Program-made: the position numbers and the translations under genes | The notes under the pieces: model-generated | What the model was told of the DNA's origin: nothing | The model's input: only the letters and a program-made list of their open reading frames with translations | The model's database searches: none | DNA from: Candidatus Thorarchaeota archaeon | GTDB taxonomy: Archaea; Asgardarchaeota; Thorarchaeia; Thorarchaeales; Thorarchaeaceae | Length of the DNA stretch: 24,937 nucleotides | Direction: 5' to 3' | NCBI GenBank assembly: GCA_011364905.1 | Contig: RDNZ01000010.1 | Location: forward strand, 52,129 to 77,065 | Part shown: positions 1 to 8,033 of the stretch, piece by piece | Layout: each line of letters begins with the position of its first letter | Numbering within the stretch: the stretch's first letter is position 1

Positions 1-2
1 AC

Positions 3-18
3 AAAAGCAAAGTATATA
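3..18 (+). promoter_or_regulatory. Putative archaeal BRE/TATA promoter upstream of the DUF1858 gene
   Basis: A-rich AAAAGCAAAG followed by TATATATT (11-18). A second AT-rich box, ATTAAATA, lies at 51-58. Confidence 0.35.
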
Positions 19-78
19 TTCGCGAATTTCAGAGAAGCTTGTAATTGACAATTAAATATCGTTAACAAGGTGAATGAA

Positions 79-297
79 ATGGCTGCAGTAACAAAAGAAA
101 TGAGCATTGGTGAAGTGGTCGTGAAATGGCCCGAATCAGCAGGTGTTTTCATGGCTTATGGGCTAATGTGCTTTGGCTGCGCGGCTGCCAGGTATGAAAC
201 GATTGAGCAAGGTGCAATGGCCCACGGGATCGACACCGACACCCTCATCAAAGCTATTAACAAAGAGATTGAGAACAAAGAAGAGAAAGAGGAGTAG
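79..297 (+). CDS. DUF1858 / hybrid-cluster-associated redox disulfide domain protein
   Basis: Sequence VTKEMSIGEVV..WPE...VF..YGLMCFGC..A..ETIEQGAMAHGID matches the family pattern, including CxxC. I prefer ATG at 79 over GTG at 70 because GGTGA (RBS) lies at 69-73. Confidence 0.85.
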   Translation: MAAVTKEMSIGEVVVKWPESAGVFMAYGLMCFGCAAARYETIEQGAMAHGIDTDTLIKAINKEIENKEEKEE

Positions 298-395
298 ATT
301 CATTTAAAGCCCACCTGTAAGAGGGCTGATTCTATTTTATTCTAGAAACTCTTGTTTCACTCAACCGAGTATTGACTGTAAAGAAGGGAGAGAAA

Positions 396-1253
396 TCAAT
401 CTTCCTTCGGTTTTGTTCTTCCGTATAGCCGTCCGGTTTCTTCCTCATCCATCTCAAAACTATGTTCCTCATCAGGGAAGGAACCTTCTCGGACTTCCTT
501 CGAGTATTCGGCTACTGCGTTTTTGATTAATTCACGAACGTTGGCAAACTTCTTGACAAATTTCGGCTTGAAGTCTTCGAAGAGACCAAGCATATCCCAA
601 AGCACGAGAACTTGACCATCACAATAAGGACCAGCACCAATACCGATTGTAGGTATGCCAACAGTTTCAGTGATCATCTTAGCAGTTTCCGACGGAACCA
701 GTTCAATGACCAAGGAGAAAGCACCAGCTTCTTCAAGCTTAACGGCTTGCTGGACTAGAACCTCTGCGAGATCAGCGGTGCGTCCTTGAATACGATAGCC
801 ACCTAACTGGTAGATTGACTGGGGTGTAAGACCAATATGGCCCATGACAGGAATGCCTGCATCCACCACGGTCCGAACGATATCAACAACCAAATCTGTG
901 CCACCCTCAAGCTTCACTGCCTCAGCGCCACCTTCTTGAAGCATCAGTCCGCAGTTTTCAAGTGCTTGTTCCGCGCTAACTTTGTAGGACATGAATGGCA
1001 TGTCACCGATGACAAAACAGTCCGGTCTAGCTCTCGAAACTGCAGCACTGTGGTGAATGACATCATCAAGTGTGACAGGAATAGTGCTTTCATACCCCAA
1101 GAGCGAGTTGCCAACAGAGTCACCAACAAGAATCATGTCAACACCCATTTCGCTTAGGATTGCGGCCGTAGGAGCATCATAGGCCGTGAGCATGACAATC
1201 TTCTTGCCTTTCTTTTTCATTAGGCGAATGCTGTAAGTGGTCTTTCGTGTCAA
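396..1253 (-). CDS. panB: 3-methyl-2-oxobutanoate hydroxymethyltransferase (ketopantoate hydroxymethyltransferase)
   Basis: Motifs MLTAYD, LVGDS, DMPFMSY, VKLEGG, GHIGLTPQS, TIGIGAG, GQVLV..DMLG and PKFVK. TTG start preceded by GGAGA. Confidence 0.96.
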   Translation of the reverse strand: MTRKTTYSIRLMKKKGKKIVMLTAYDAPTAAILSEMGVDMILVGDSVGNSLLGYESTIPVTLDDVIHHSAAVSRARPDCFVIGDMPFMSYKVSAEQALENCGLMLQEGGAEAVKLEGGTDLVVDIVRTVVDAGIPVMGHIGLTPQSIYQLGGYRIQGRTADLAEVLVQQAVKLEEAGAFSLVIELVPSETAKMITETVGIPTIGIGAGPYCDGQVLVLWDMLGLFEDFKPKFVKKFANVRELIKNAVAEYSKEVREGSFPDEEHSFEMDEEETGRLYGRTKPKED

Positions 1254-1360
1254 ATTATTATCTCCATGAATATGGGATGAAATCCATCATATATAGAGTT
1301 TCATCTCAAAATATATAATGTATATACAATTTGGATATTCTCGCTTTTTTCTGAGAGGGC

Positions 1361-4282
1361 CTAGAGGTCGACATTCTTCTTCCTGAAATACCACTTGTAT
1401 AGTTCTACACCAACGATTGATGGGAGAGAACCAAGGAGCACTATTGACCAATCAAAGCTGGTCAAAGGCATGAAGTAGAAATGAAGGCCATAAGGCGCAA
1501 GAATTTCCTGAGCCAAAGGTACATACATGAGTAGGTAATGAGCCAAATAGATCAATCCTAGTAGGAACACGAAAATCCAAGTTCCAGGTTCTCGGATACT
1601 TCTCGTGATTGGCATATTGATTCTTCGAATGCTAATGACAATCGTACTCTCCACTAATAGTATGACCGAGAGCAACATGGTAGTTGCCTTCGCTTGGTTG
1701 AGTGGTACCAGGAATTCACCAATTGTGGAATAGTAACCAGTGAGATTCTCTGGAACAACACCAACAATACCTGTGAGGGTCATCATGTAGATAGCTGCAG
1801 CCCCGATAGTCATCAGGATGACGTTCAACACCATGAATTTCCCGAGGTTGCGAGTGATGAGGGCTTGGCTATCGCGGGGTTTGTCTTCCATTGCATGCGG
1901 CGATGTCCTGTCAAAGACCAGTGCTAATCCAGGAAATGAGTGAGTTGTTACAACCAGGTACAGGCTCTGCCAGAGGGATAATGTGGTGATGGTGTCGGGT
2001 AAGAAGAACAGAGCGCCAAAGAAGATCATGCTCTCAAAGACGTTGATAGCCACATAGAAGTAGATCATCATTCTGATCTTGTTGAAGAGCCCTCTTCCTT
2101 GATGCACTCCCGATACTATTGAAGCAAAACTGTCATCTGTGATGACAAGATCTGCTGCTTCTTTCGCAACATCAGTCCCAGTGATACCCATTGCTATCCC
2201 AGCATCGCTCATGGCAAGGGCTAGCGCATCATTGACACCGTCCCCAGTCATTGCGACGACTCGTTGTTGGTCTTGATAACGTTCAACGATGATTTGTTTA
2301 TGGTCGGGGTTTACTCTGGCGAAAACATTTGTACGGGCGAAGTCGTCGTCCGAAACATCTTCAATCTCACTCCCCTCAACAACGAGGGAGTTTGCGTTGA
2401 AGATGCCCAAGTCTTCAGCGATGGTTTTTGCAGTCGCAGCAGCATCTCCAGTGATCATTATGACATTAATTCCCGCACTGTGGCACTCTGAAACAGCCTC
2501 TTTCACACCATCCCGAGGCGGATCAACGATACAGGCAAAGCCGAGATAGATGAGGTCGTTCTCAGTTTCTTCACGTGCATCCTTCCCAGTTGGAACCTTG
2601 TCCATGTGTCGGTAGGCAAGTGAAATCACGCGATACCCTCTAGAGGCAAAATCAGTGGTGAGCGTTCGGACTTTGTTGACGAGGCCTGGAGTGATCTTTG
2701 ATGGAGTTTCTTTTCCGTCAACCATTGTACACTTGGTTAACAATACTTCAGTGGCACCCTTGCAGAAGGCAACGAATTTCTTGCCATCCTTACATATCTT
2801 TGTCATGCGTTTTAATTCCGACTCGAACGGGTACTCCTCTACAATCTGATACTTCTTGGTGATGGCTTCTTTGTCAATTCCGCTTTTTCGGAACAATGTT
2901 AGTAAGGCGGCATCTGTCGGGTCGCCCAATGGTTTCCAGACTTCGCCTTGTTCAGGCAGTACCTCTCTCACTATCTCAGAGTCATTATTTATTCCGCCAC
3001 AGACCACTAGACGATAGAGCCCCTTCCACTTGAAGACATCTTTCACCTCTTCCTCAGCAACATCAGGGATTAGATCATGATCCTCATCCTTGAGAAGATG
3101 AATTGCACCAAGGGGATCATAGCCATCACCCTTTACAGAGTAAAGATTGTGGGTATCCCAGCAGTATTTCACAGTCATCTGGTTACGCGTCATCGTACCA
3201 GTCTTGTCACTGCAAATTACACTGACCCGTCCGAGGCTTTCCACCGCAGAGAGGTCTCGAATGATGACACCCTTCTTGGCCATCGCCAAAACTCCCGTCA
3301 AGAGAACAATGGTTGTAAGGAGTGGGATGTTGATGGGCATGATGGTCATTGCGCGGTTTATGGCTTCCTGCATTTGTAGCAGCACATTTACAAAGCTAGT
3401 GTTAGGAACTCGACCATTGAGCCAATCATACACGAAGACCTGCCACAATACAGAAACGGTCAGGAGAATGATTGCAGCGATTCCCAAGTACTTTGCCAGA
3501 AGGTTCACTTTTCTTCTAAGAGGAATATCGCCAGTGTTTAGCTGTTGAAGAGTACCTTGAATTTTGCCTATCTCGGTTCGACCACCAGTTGCTGTTGTAA
3601 TAACAGTGGCCATTCCTGTTGATACATAGGTGCCGAAGAAGACCATATTCCTCATATCGGTCAATGGCACATCTGTAGCAACAATAGAGTCCTCATCCTT
3701 GGCAACAGGTACGCTCTCACCAGTCAGAGAAGCCTCATTTGTTGTGAGATTCGATGATCTAATAATTCTACCATCAGCTGGAATTCTATCACCCTGATCG
3801 AGTTTCACAATGTCCCCAGGTACTATTTCGAAGGGAGGAATGCTCTTCTCAGAGCCTCCTCGAATTACTCGTGCTTCTCCTGCAGAGAGTTTCTCTAGGG
3901 CTTCCAGCTTCTTCTGTGCCCTATATTGTTGGAATATCGCTACAAGCGCATTGATGGCAACAATTGCGAGCCAGACTAGAGCTTGTCCCATATCGTTCTG
4001 ACCTGAAGGTAGCAATTGTGCTATGATGATGAGTCCAAATGAGCTGAGGATATAGATTGTAATTAGCCAATTCATAATGGGGGCAATATAGACTTGCCAG
4101 AAGGGACCGCGAATCTTGGGGATGGCATTCTCTCCAAATCGGTGAAGTCTTTCCTTTACCTCAGAATCCGATAGCCCCTTTTCAGAATCAGCTTGAAGAG
4201 TCTTGCAGACTTCCTCGAGAGGTATTGCATGATACGCATGAGTCTCGGAAGGTTCCGTTGTGATGGCGTCTTCATTGGACAA
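1361..4282 (-). CDS. P-type ATPase with a P2A-like scaffold and an atypical transport site; substrate unknown
   Basis: A-domain LTGES, phosphorylation site CSDKTGT, GDPTD, KGATE, DPPR, MITGD and hinge TGDGVND, with about 10 hydrophobic segments. M4 reads MPINIP rather than PEGLP. Confidence 0.93.
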   Translation of the reverse strand: MSNEDAITTEPSETHAYHAIPLEEVCKTLQADSEKGLSDSEVKERLHRFGENAIPKIRGPFWQVYIAPIMNWLITIYILSSFGLIIIAQLLPSGQNDMGQALVWLAIVAINALVAIFQQYRAQKKLEALEKLSAGEARVIRGGSEKSIPPFEIVPGDIVKLDQGDRIPADGRIIRSSNLTTNEASLTGESVPVAKDEDSIVATDVPLTDMRNMVFFGTYVSTGMATVITTATGGRTEIGKIQGTLQQLNTGDIPLRRKVNLLAKYLGIAAIILLTVSVLWQVFVYDWLNGRVPNTSFVNVLLQMQEAINRAMTIMPINIPLLTTIVLLTGVLAMAKKGVIIRDLSAVESLGRVSVICSDKTGTMTRNQMTVKYCWDTHNLYSVKGDGYDPLGAIHLLKDEDHDLIPDVAEEEVKDVFKWKGLYRLVVCGGINNDSEIVREVLPEQGEVWKPLGDPTDAALLTLFRKSGIDKEAITKKYQIVEEYPFESELKRMTKICKDGKKFVAFCKGATEVLLTKCTMVDGKETPSKITPGLVNKVRTLTTDFASRGYRVISLAYRHMDKVPTGKDAREETENDLIYLGFACIVDPPRDGVKEAVSECHSAGINVIMITGDAAATAKTIAEDLGIFNANSLVVEGSEIEDVSDDDFARTNVFARVNPDHKQIIVERYQDQQRVVAMTGDGVNDALALAMSDAGIAMGITGTDVAKEAADLVITDDSFASIVSGVHQGRGLFNKIRMMIYFYVAINVFESMIFFGALFFLPDTITTLSLWQSLYLVVTTHSFPGLALVFDRTSPHAMEDKPRDSQALITRNLGKFMVLNVILMTIGAAAIYMMTLTGIVGVVPENLTGYYSTIGEFLVPLNQAKATTMLLSVILLVESTIVISIRRINMPITRSIREPGTWIFVFLLGLIYLAHYLLMYVPLAQEILAPYGLHFYFMPLTSFDWSIVLLGSLPSIVGVELYKWYFRKKNVDL

Positions 4283-4519
4283 TGCTGCGACCTCTCAGGG
4301 TATTCATGCTTTATTCTTTCTACAGATAAATCAAACTCGAATGTTCCTACCTCAAGTCCGATGTATACCTGTGTCCTTTTTACACCTTTTGAAGATTTCC
4401 GGTTTAGTCAAGCTGAGGACGGGGCTACTAGCAAAAGGCTGCCATCTCCGATAGGTTCTTGTGCTCTTTGGTGAGGATTGACAGGCCGCGTGAGTGTATC
4501 AACGGCCTTGGTGAAAGCG

Positions 4520-6496
4520 ATGAGTGACTACTATTACTGGCAAACCACATCTCCCCGAGAAGAAAAATCGGGTGGACTCAAAATAATCGCGATCATCATC
4601 ATTCTTATGATCATCATATCGACAGGTTTAGTCGTTATTATCCAGATAAGACCAGCAGCGAATAGCCCAAGTAGCAAGGTGAGAGTGGCGATCCTGGACT
4701 CTGGAGTTGATGTTGGTACAACCCTCCAGGGAAAGGTAGTTGCAGAGAAGAGCTTCATCGAACCTCAATATGGATATGATACTACCGACCTGACAACAAC
4801 TGATTCAAGACCAGAGAATGTCCCACATGGGACGTTGGTCGCATCACTTGTTGCAGGGGCACCGAATGCGGAGATAGTGAACGCAAAAGTGATGGGTTCA
4901 GATGGTACAGCAACGTCGATTGCACTAGTGGCAGCTGTCTACTGGGCTGTTGAACAGAACTGCAAAGTCATCTCGATGAGCCTTGGATCAAGTCCAGTTC
5001 TTGGAGACCCAATAGACGGAGCCATAGACTATGCATTTGCCAGAGGTGTGGTCATTGTTGCATCTGCAGGCAACGAAGGAGACAGTGGGTTAGCTGGCAC
5101 AAGCATTGATTCACCCAGTGTCTTCGCGAAGTGCATCTCAGTCGCTGCACTCAAAGAAGATGGTACGCCTGCTGATTTCTCATCCACAGGCCCAACATTT
5201 GACAGGTATATGAAACCAGATCTTAGTGCGGATGGTTGGGTGTCAAGTGGAACATCACGATATTATGGTACGAGTTTTTCAGCGCCCCGGGTTGCAGCAG
5301 CAGCAGCTCAGCTCATTGGCCATTCCATTGACAATAACATCACTTACTCACCGGGTTCTATCATGACGGCTCTGATGAAAGGCGCAAATCCGATGAGTTC
5401 GTATCCTAGTTATGTTGTTGGGACTGGAAAGTTGAATCTCCAGAATTCAATTGCGCTTCTTGATACAGCTTCCCAGGAAGGAGTACTTCCAGCATTGAGT
5501 CTTGTTTATCCAACAACATTGCCCATAGACTATGAGAAACTCTTCTATAATGACACTTACGACTTTAATCTCAGACTACTTGCTTCTGGAAGCACAACCT
5601 TCACTGTTTCTATAACCGGAAACTCCCCAGGAATATTTGATCTTCCATCGACAATCGATGTGAACCAGAGTTTGCTTGTTCCTCTAAGGGTGCTTGTTCC
5701 CTCATCGGGCCCGTCAGTTCTCGCCAACTCAATTGAATTCTCATCGACCGACTTCGGAGATACTAGCCTAAATGTTACCTTCGAGCTTTCAGATGCAATA
5801 GCCAGAGTTGCCTTCGACATCAGCCACACAACCTGGACCATTGATTCGAGCTACGGTCAATTTCGTGAGTTCTACAAATTGCTCACTGAGAATGACATCT
5901 CAGTCACTGAGATTCGGAATAGCTCAGCAACAACTCTTGCCGTCCTGCAGCAGTTTGACTCGGTTGTCATCCTTGATCCATGTGTTGTAGACTATAATGA
6001 AACCGTTGCATCAGACACCACGGTCTATTCCCTGCCATTCTCGGGTGCAGAAAAGCAAGCATACGAGCAGTATTATAATGCAGGTGGCGGCATATTCCTA
6101 GCAACGCTGGGAGATAGCTATGCGAACATTACCGAGGTGAACGACTTTCTGAGCTTCTCAGGATTCGGACTCAATCCAGTTGAGGTGCCTTCAGGAAGCA
6201 ACCCGGCGCTTGTTTCGAACATTTATAGCCATATTATCACATCCAGTGTCACTGGATTTCACTATTCTGGGGCAACTGTGCATGTTCCAGGGGGTGCAAT
6301 CTTGCTTGCACAATTTCAACCAGGAGCCGACGTATTAGGCTGCAAAGAGGGACCGGGCGGTGGAAGAATAGTTGTCACCGGGACTAACTTCTTCATCGAC
6401 AATTATGGTCTGTCTGGGCAATATGAGCAATATGGCACCGGAAATGATGCACTACTCGCGCTGCGGATAGTGTTGTGGATATCGGACCAACTCTAA
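4520..6496 (+). CDS. Membrane-anchored S8 subtilase with a C-terminal GldG/IFT52/DUF4350-like domain (site-1-protease-like architecture)
   Basis: Catalytic motifs VAILDSG (Asp), HGT (His), SAGN (oxyanion Asn) and GTSFSAP (Ser). N-terminal hydrophobic anchor IIAIIIILMIIISTGLVVII. C-terminal domain VAFDISH...GGGIFL...GRIVVTG. I prefer ATG 4520 over TTG 4478 because GGTGA lies at 4510-4514. Confidence 0.9.
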   Translation: MSDYYYWQTTSPREEKSGGLKIIAIIIILMIIISTGLVVIIQIRPAANSPSSKVRVAILDSGVDVGTTLQGKVVAEKSFIEPQYGYDTTDLTTTDSRPENVPHGTLVASLVAGAPNAEIVNAKVMGSDGTATSIALVAAVYWAVEQNCKVISMSLGSSPVLGDPIDGAIDYAFARGVVIVASAGNEGDSGLAGTSIDSPSVFAKCISVAALKEDGTPADFSSTGPTFDRYMKPDLSADGWVSSGTSRYYGTSFSAPRVAAAAAQLIGHSIDNNITYSPGSIMTALMKGANPMSSYPSYVVGTGKLNLQNSIALLDTASQEGVLPALSLVYPTTLPIDYEKLFYNDTYDFNLRLLASGSTTFTVSITGNSPGIFDLPSTIDVNQSLLVPLRVLVPSSGPSVLANSIEFSSTDFGDTSLNVTFELSDAIARVAFDISHTTWTIDSSYGQFREFYKLLTENDISVTEIRNSSATTLAVLQQFDSVVILDPCVVDYNETVASDTTVYSLPFSGAEKQAYEQYYNAGGGIFLATLGDSYANITEVNDFLSFSGFGLNPVEVPSGSNPALVSNIYSHIITSSVTGFHYSGATVHVPGGAILLAQFQPGADVLGCKEGPGGGRIVVTGTNFFIDNYGLSGQYEQYGTGNDALLALRIVLWISDQL

Positions 6497-6544
6497 TGGC
6501 TTCAAAGTGTATCTAGAAACACCATGATTGCCGATATTTAGGCC

Positions 6545-6558
6545 TTTAAATATAAAAA
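6545..6558 (+). promoter_or_regulatory. Putative TATA box upstream of a structured leader and the MFS gene
   Basis: TTTAAATATAAAAA in the intergenic region, about 30 nt upstream of the first hairpin. Confidence 0.5.
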
Positions 6559-6585
6559 GACGACTGACTCCTTCACTAACAACCT

Positions 6586-6662
6586 TTCCGAGTCGAAGTC
6601 GGAACTGCTGGTGGCGTGGGATGCTCTCATGTCACCAGCTTACCGACGTTTCTCTGCTTTTG
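6586..6662 (+). other. Tandem RNA hairpins followed by a U-rich tract (candidate sRNA or leader attenuator)
   Basis: TTCCGA/TCGGAA stem (6586-6604). A 15-bp stem, 6607-6621 paired with 6625-6639, has three G.U pairs. GTTTCTCTGCTTTTG follows. Confidence 0.45.
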
Positions 6663-6737
6663 ACCTAGTTGTCTATACCAGCATGCTTAACTCATCGGTA
6701 TACAGGTCCCACGAATACTTGGGTGTGATTCAGCGGA

Positions 6738-7982
6738 TTGGCAAGAACTACGAAAGCCTCCTACGCGGTCTTGGCAGCAGTCACAATGGCGCATTTTTTG
6801 AATCACGTATACTCAGGAGCGCTATCGCCGTTCCTGCCCAAGATTCAGGAGGATCTGCATCTTGGATACACTGAGGTCGGAATCATAACAAGTGCTGTAG
6901 TTATGGCAATGACAATCTCCCATTTCGTCGTGGGCTATCTTGGTGATAGGGGTTCTCGGTGGCGTGATGCATTCATATCGGCCAGTGTGCTTCTTAGCGC
7001 AGTGGCTATGATTCTTGTTAGCTATTCTAGCACATTCTTGGTGCTCGCAATCTTCCAATTCTTCCTCGGTGTTGGCGCATCTGGATATCATCCGAGCGTT
7101 TTTCCTGCTCTCGCAGAGAAGTTTCCCCGAAGAGATCTCTCAAAGGCCACAGGTGTTCAAGCGATGGGGGGATTGATAGGAATGGCGGCAATCCCATTTC
7201 TAGGTGTAAGCCTTTATGTTATCTTCAACAACCAGTGGCGACCATCGCTGATAGCACTTGGCTTGATGGGCTTAGTCATCTTCATCCCCTTCATTTTCCT
7301 AATGAGATACTCCAGATCTGGCTACCTTAATGGATTCATTAGTAAGGAGGATGAGTGCGAAGGTACGGATGGATGGACAAAAGGATACTGGCTCGGTCTG
7401 GGACTTATGGGACTAAGAGGGATGTCATTCAGGTGTACGTCTCTGCTTATGCCAGTCTACTTAGTCGCAACATACCCAGTGAACTTGATTGAAGCAGGTT
7501 TCCTAACATCTGTGATGTTGACAGCTGGTCTCTTTGGAGAGATTATGTCTAGCTGGCTATCAGACAAGCTAAACAGACGAGTCTTGTTCCTAGTGCTCTC
7601 TACAGGACTGGCTACCCCAGCGTTGCTTCTGTTGAACTACTCTCTAAGCGTAAGTGCCCTAATCTTGATGTTAGTCGTAATTGGCTTCTTCTTCTATCTT
7701 GGAGTGCCTGCTAATACAGCCTACCTGACTGAAGTCAGTCCACGAGAGAACAGAGGACTTGCTTTTGGCCTTCTTTTCTCGGTGGGAGCCCTTCCAGGTG
7801 CGATATCACCCATCATCTTCGGCATCATTGCGGACAGCTTTGGACTCAGCGCATCAATCCTCTTCCTCGTTGTCACAACAACACTTGCAACTCTTGTCGC
7901 ACTTATCATGAAGGACGTGAAACCAACAAATCTAATCAGCGGAGCCCAGCTCTTCTTGGATTCACCACCCTCGATCGAATAG
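6738..7982 (+). CDS. MFS transporter (FsR/fosmidomycin-resistance-like)
   Basis: About 12 TM segments. N-terminal HFLNH, motif-A-like GYLGDRG and WLSDKLNRR, plus GYHP and RGLAFG. TTG start after GGGTGTGA. Confidence 0.9.
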   Translation: MARTTKASYAVLAAVTMAHFLNHVYSGALSPFLPKIQEDLHLGYTEVGIITSAVVMAMTISHFVVGYLGDRGSRWRDAFISASVLLSAVAMILVSYSSTFLVLAIFQFFLGVGASGYHPSVFPALAEKFPRRDLSKATGVQAMGGLIGMAAIPFLGVSLYVIFNNQWRPSLIALGLMGLVIFIPFIFLMRYSRSGYLNGFISKEDECEGTDGWTKGYWLGLGLMGLRGMSFRCTSLLMPVYLVATYPVNLIEAGFLTSVMLTAGLFGEIMSSWLSDKLNRRVLFLVLSTGLATPALLLLNYSLSVSALILMLVVIGFFFYLGVPANTAYLTEVSPRENRGLAFGLLFSVGALPGAISPIIFGIIADSFGLSASILFLVVTTTLATLVALIMKDVKPTNLISGAQLFLDSPPSIE

Positions 7983-8033
7983 GGCAGTATTTCATCTTTA
8001 GACAAGCTGATATATCGCCAAACTGGAGGCAGT

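Noticed and set aside
308-327. AGCCC/GGGCT hairpin after the DUF1858 gene
   Set aside because: It has only 5 bp with a 10-nt loop. It may be part of a terminator but is too weak to call.
1361-4282. Calling the ATPase a true P4 flippase or a P3A proton pump
   Set aside because: It has TGES rather than DGET and P2A-like M5/M6/M8 sequence, there is no CDC50-like gene in the window, and it lacks the M6 Asp required in P3A pumps.
4193-4474. Short + strand ORFs (93 aa and 64 aa) across the ATPase/protease spacer
   Set aside because: They overlap the ATPase 5' end on the opposite strand and have no convincing RBS or motifs.
4400-4488. Superficial resemblance to a SAM-I riboswitch (CTGAGG, GCAA, TGCCA..TCC)
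   Set aside because: The core AUC/GAU P1 pairing, GCAACC and P2 pseudoknot could not be built. I kept it only as an unassigned structure.
6611-6874. 87-aa ORF overlapping the hairpins and the MFS start
   Set aside because: It overlaps the MFS gene out of frame and has no recognisable protein features. The RNA structure explains the region better, though a leader peptide is not formally excluded.
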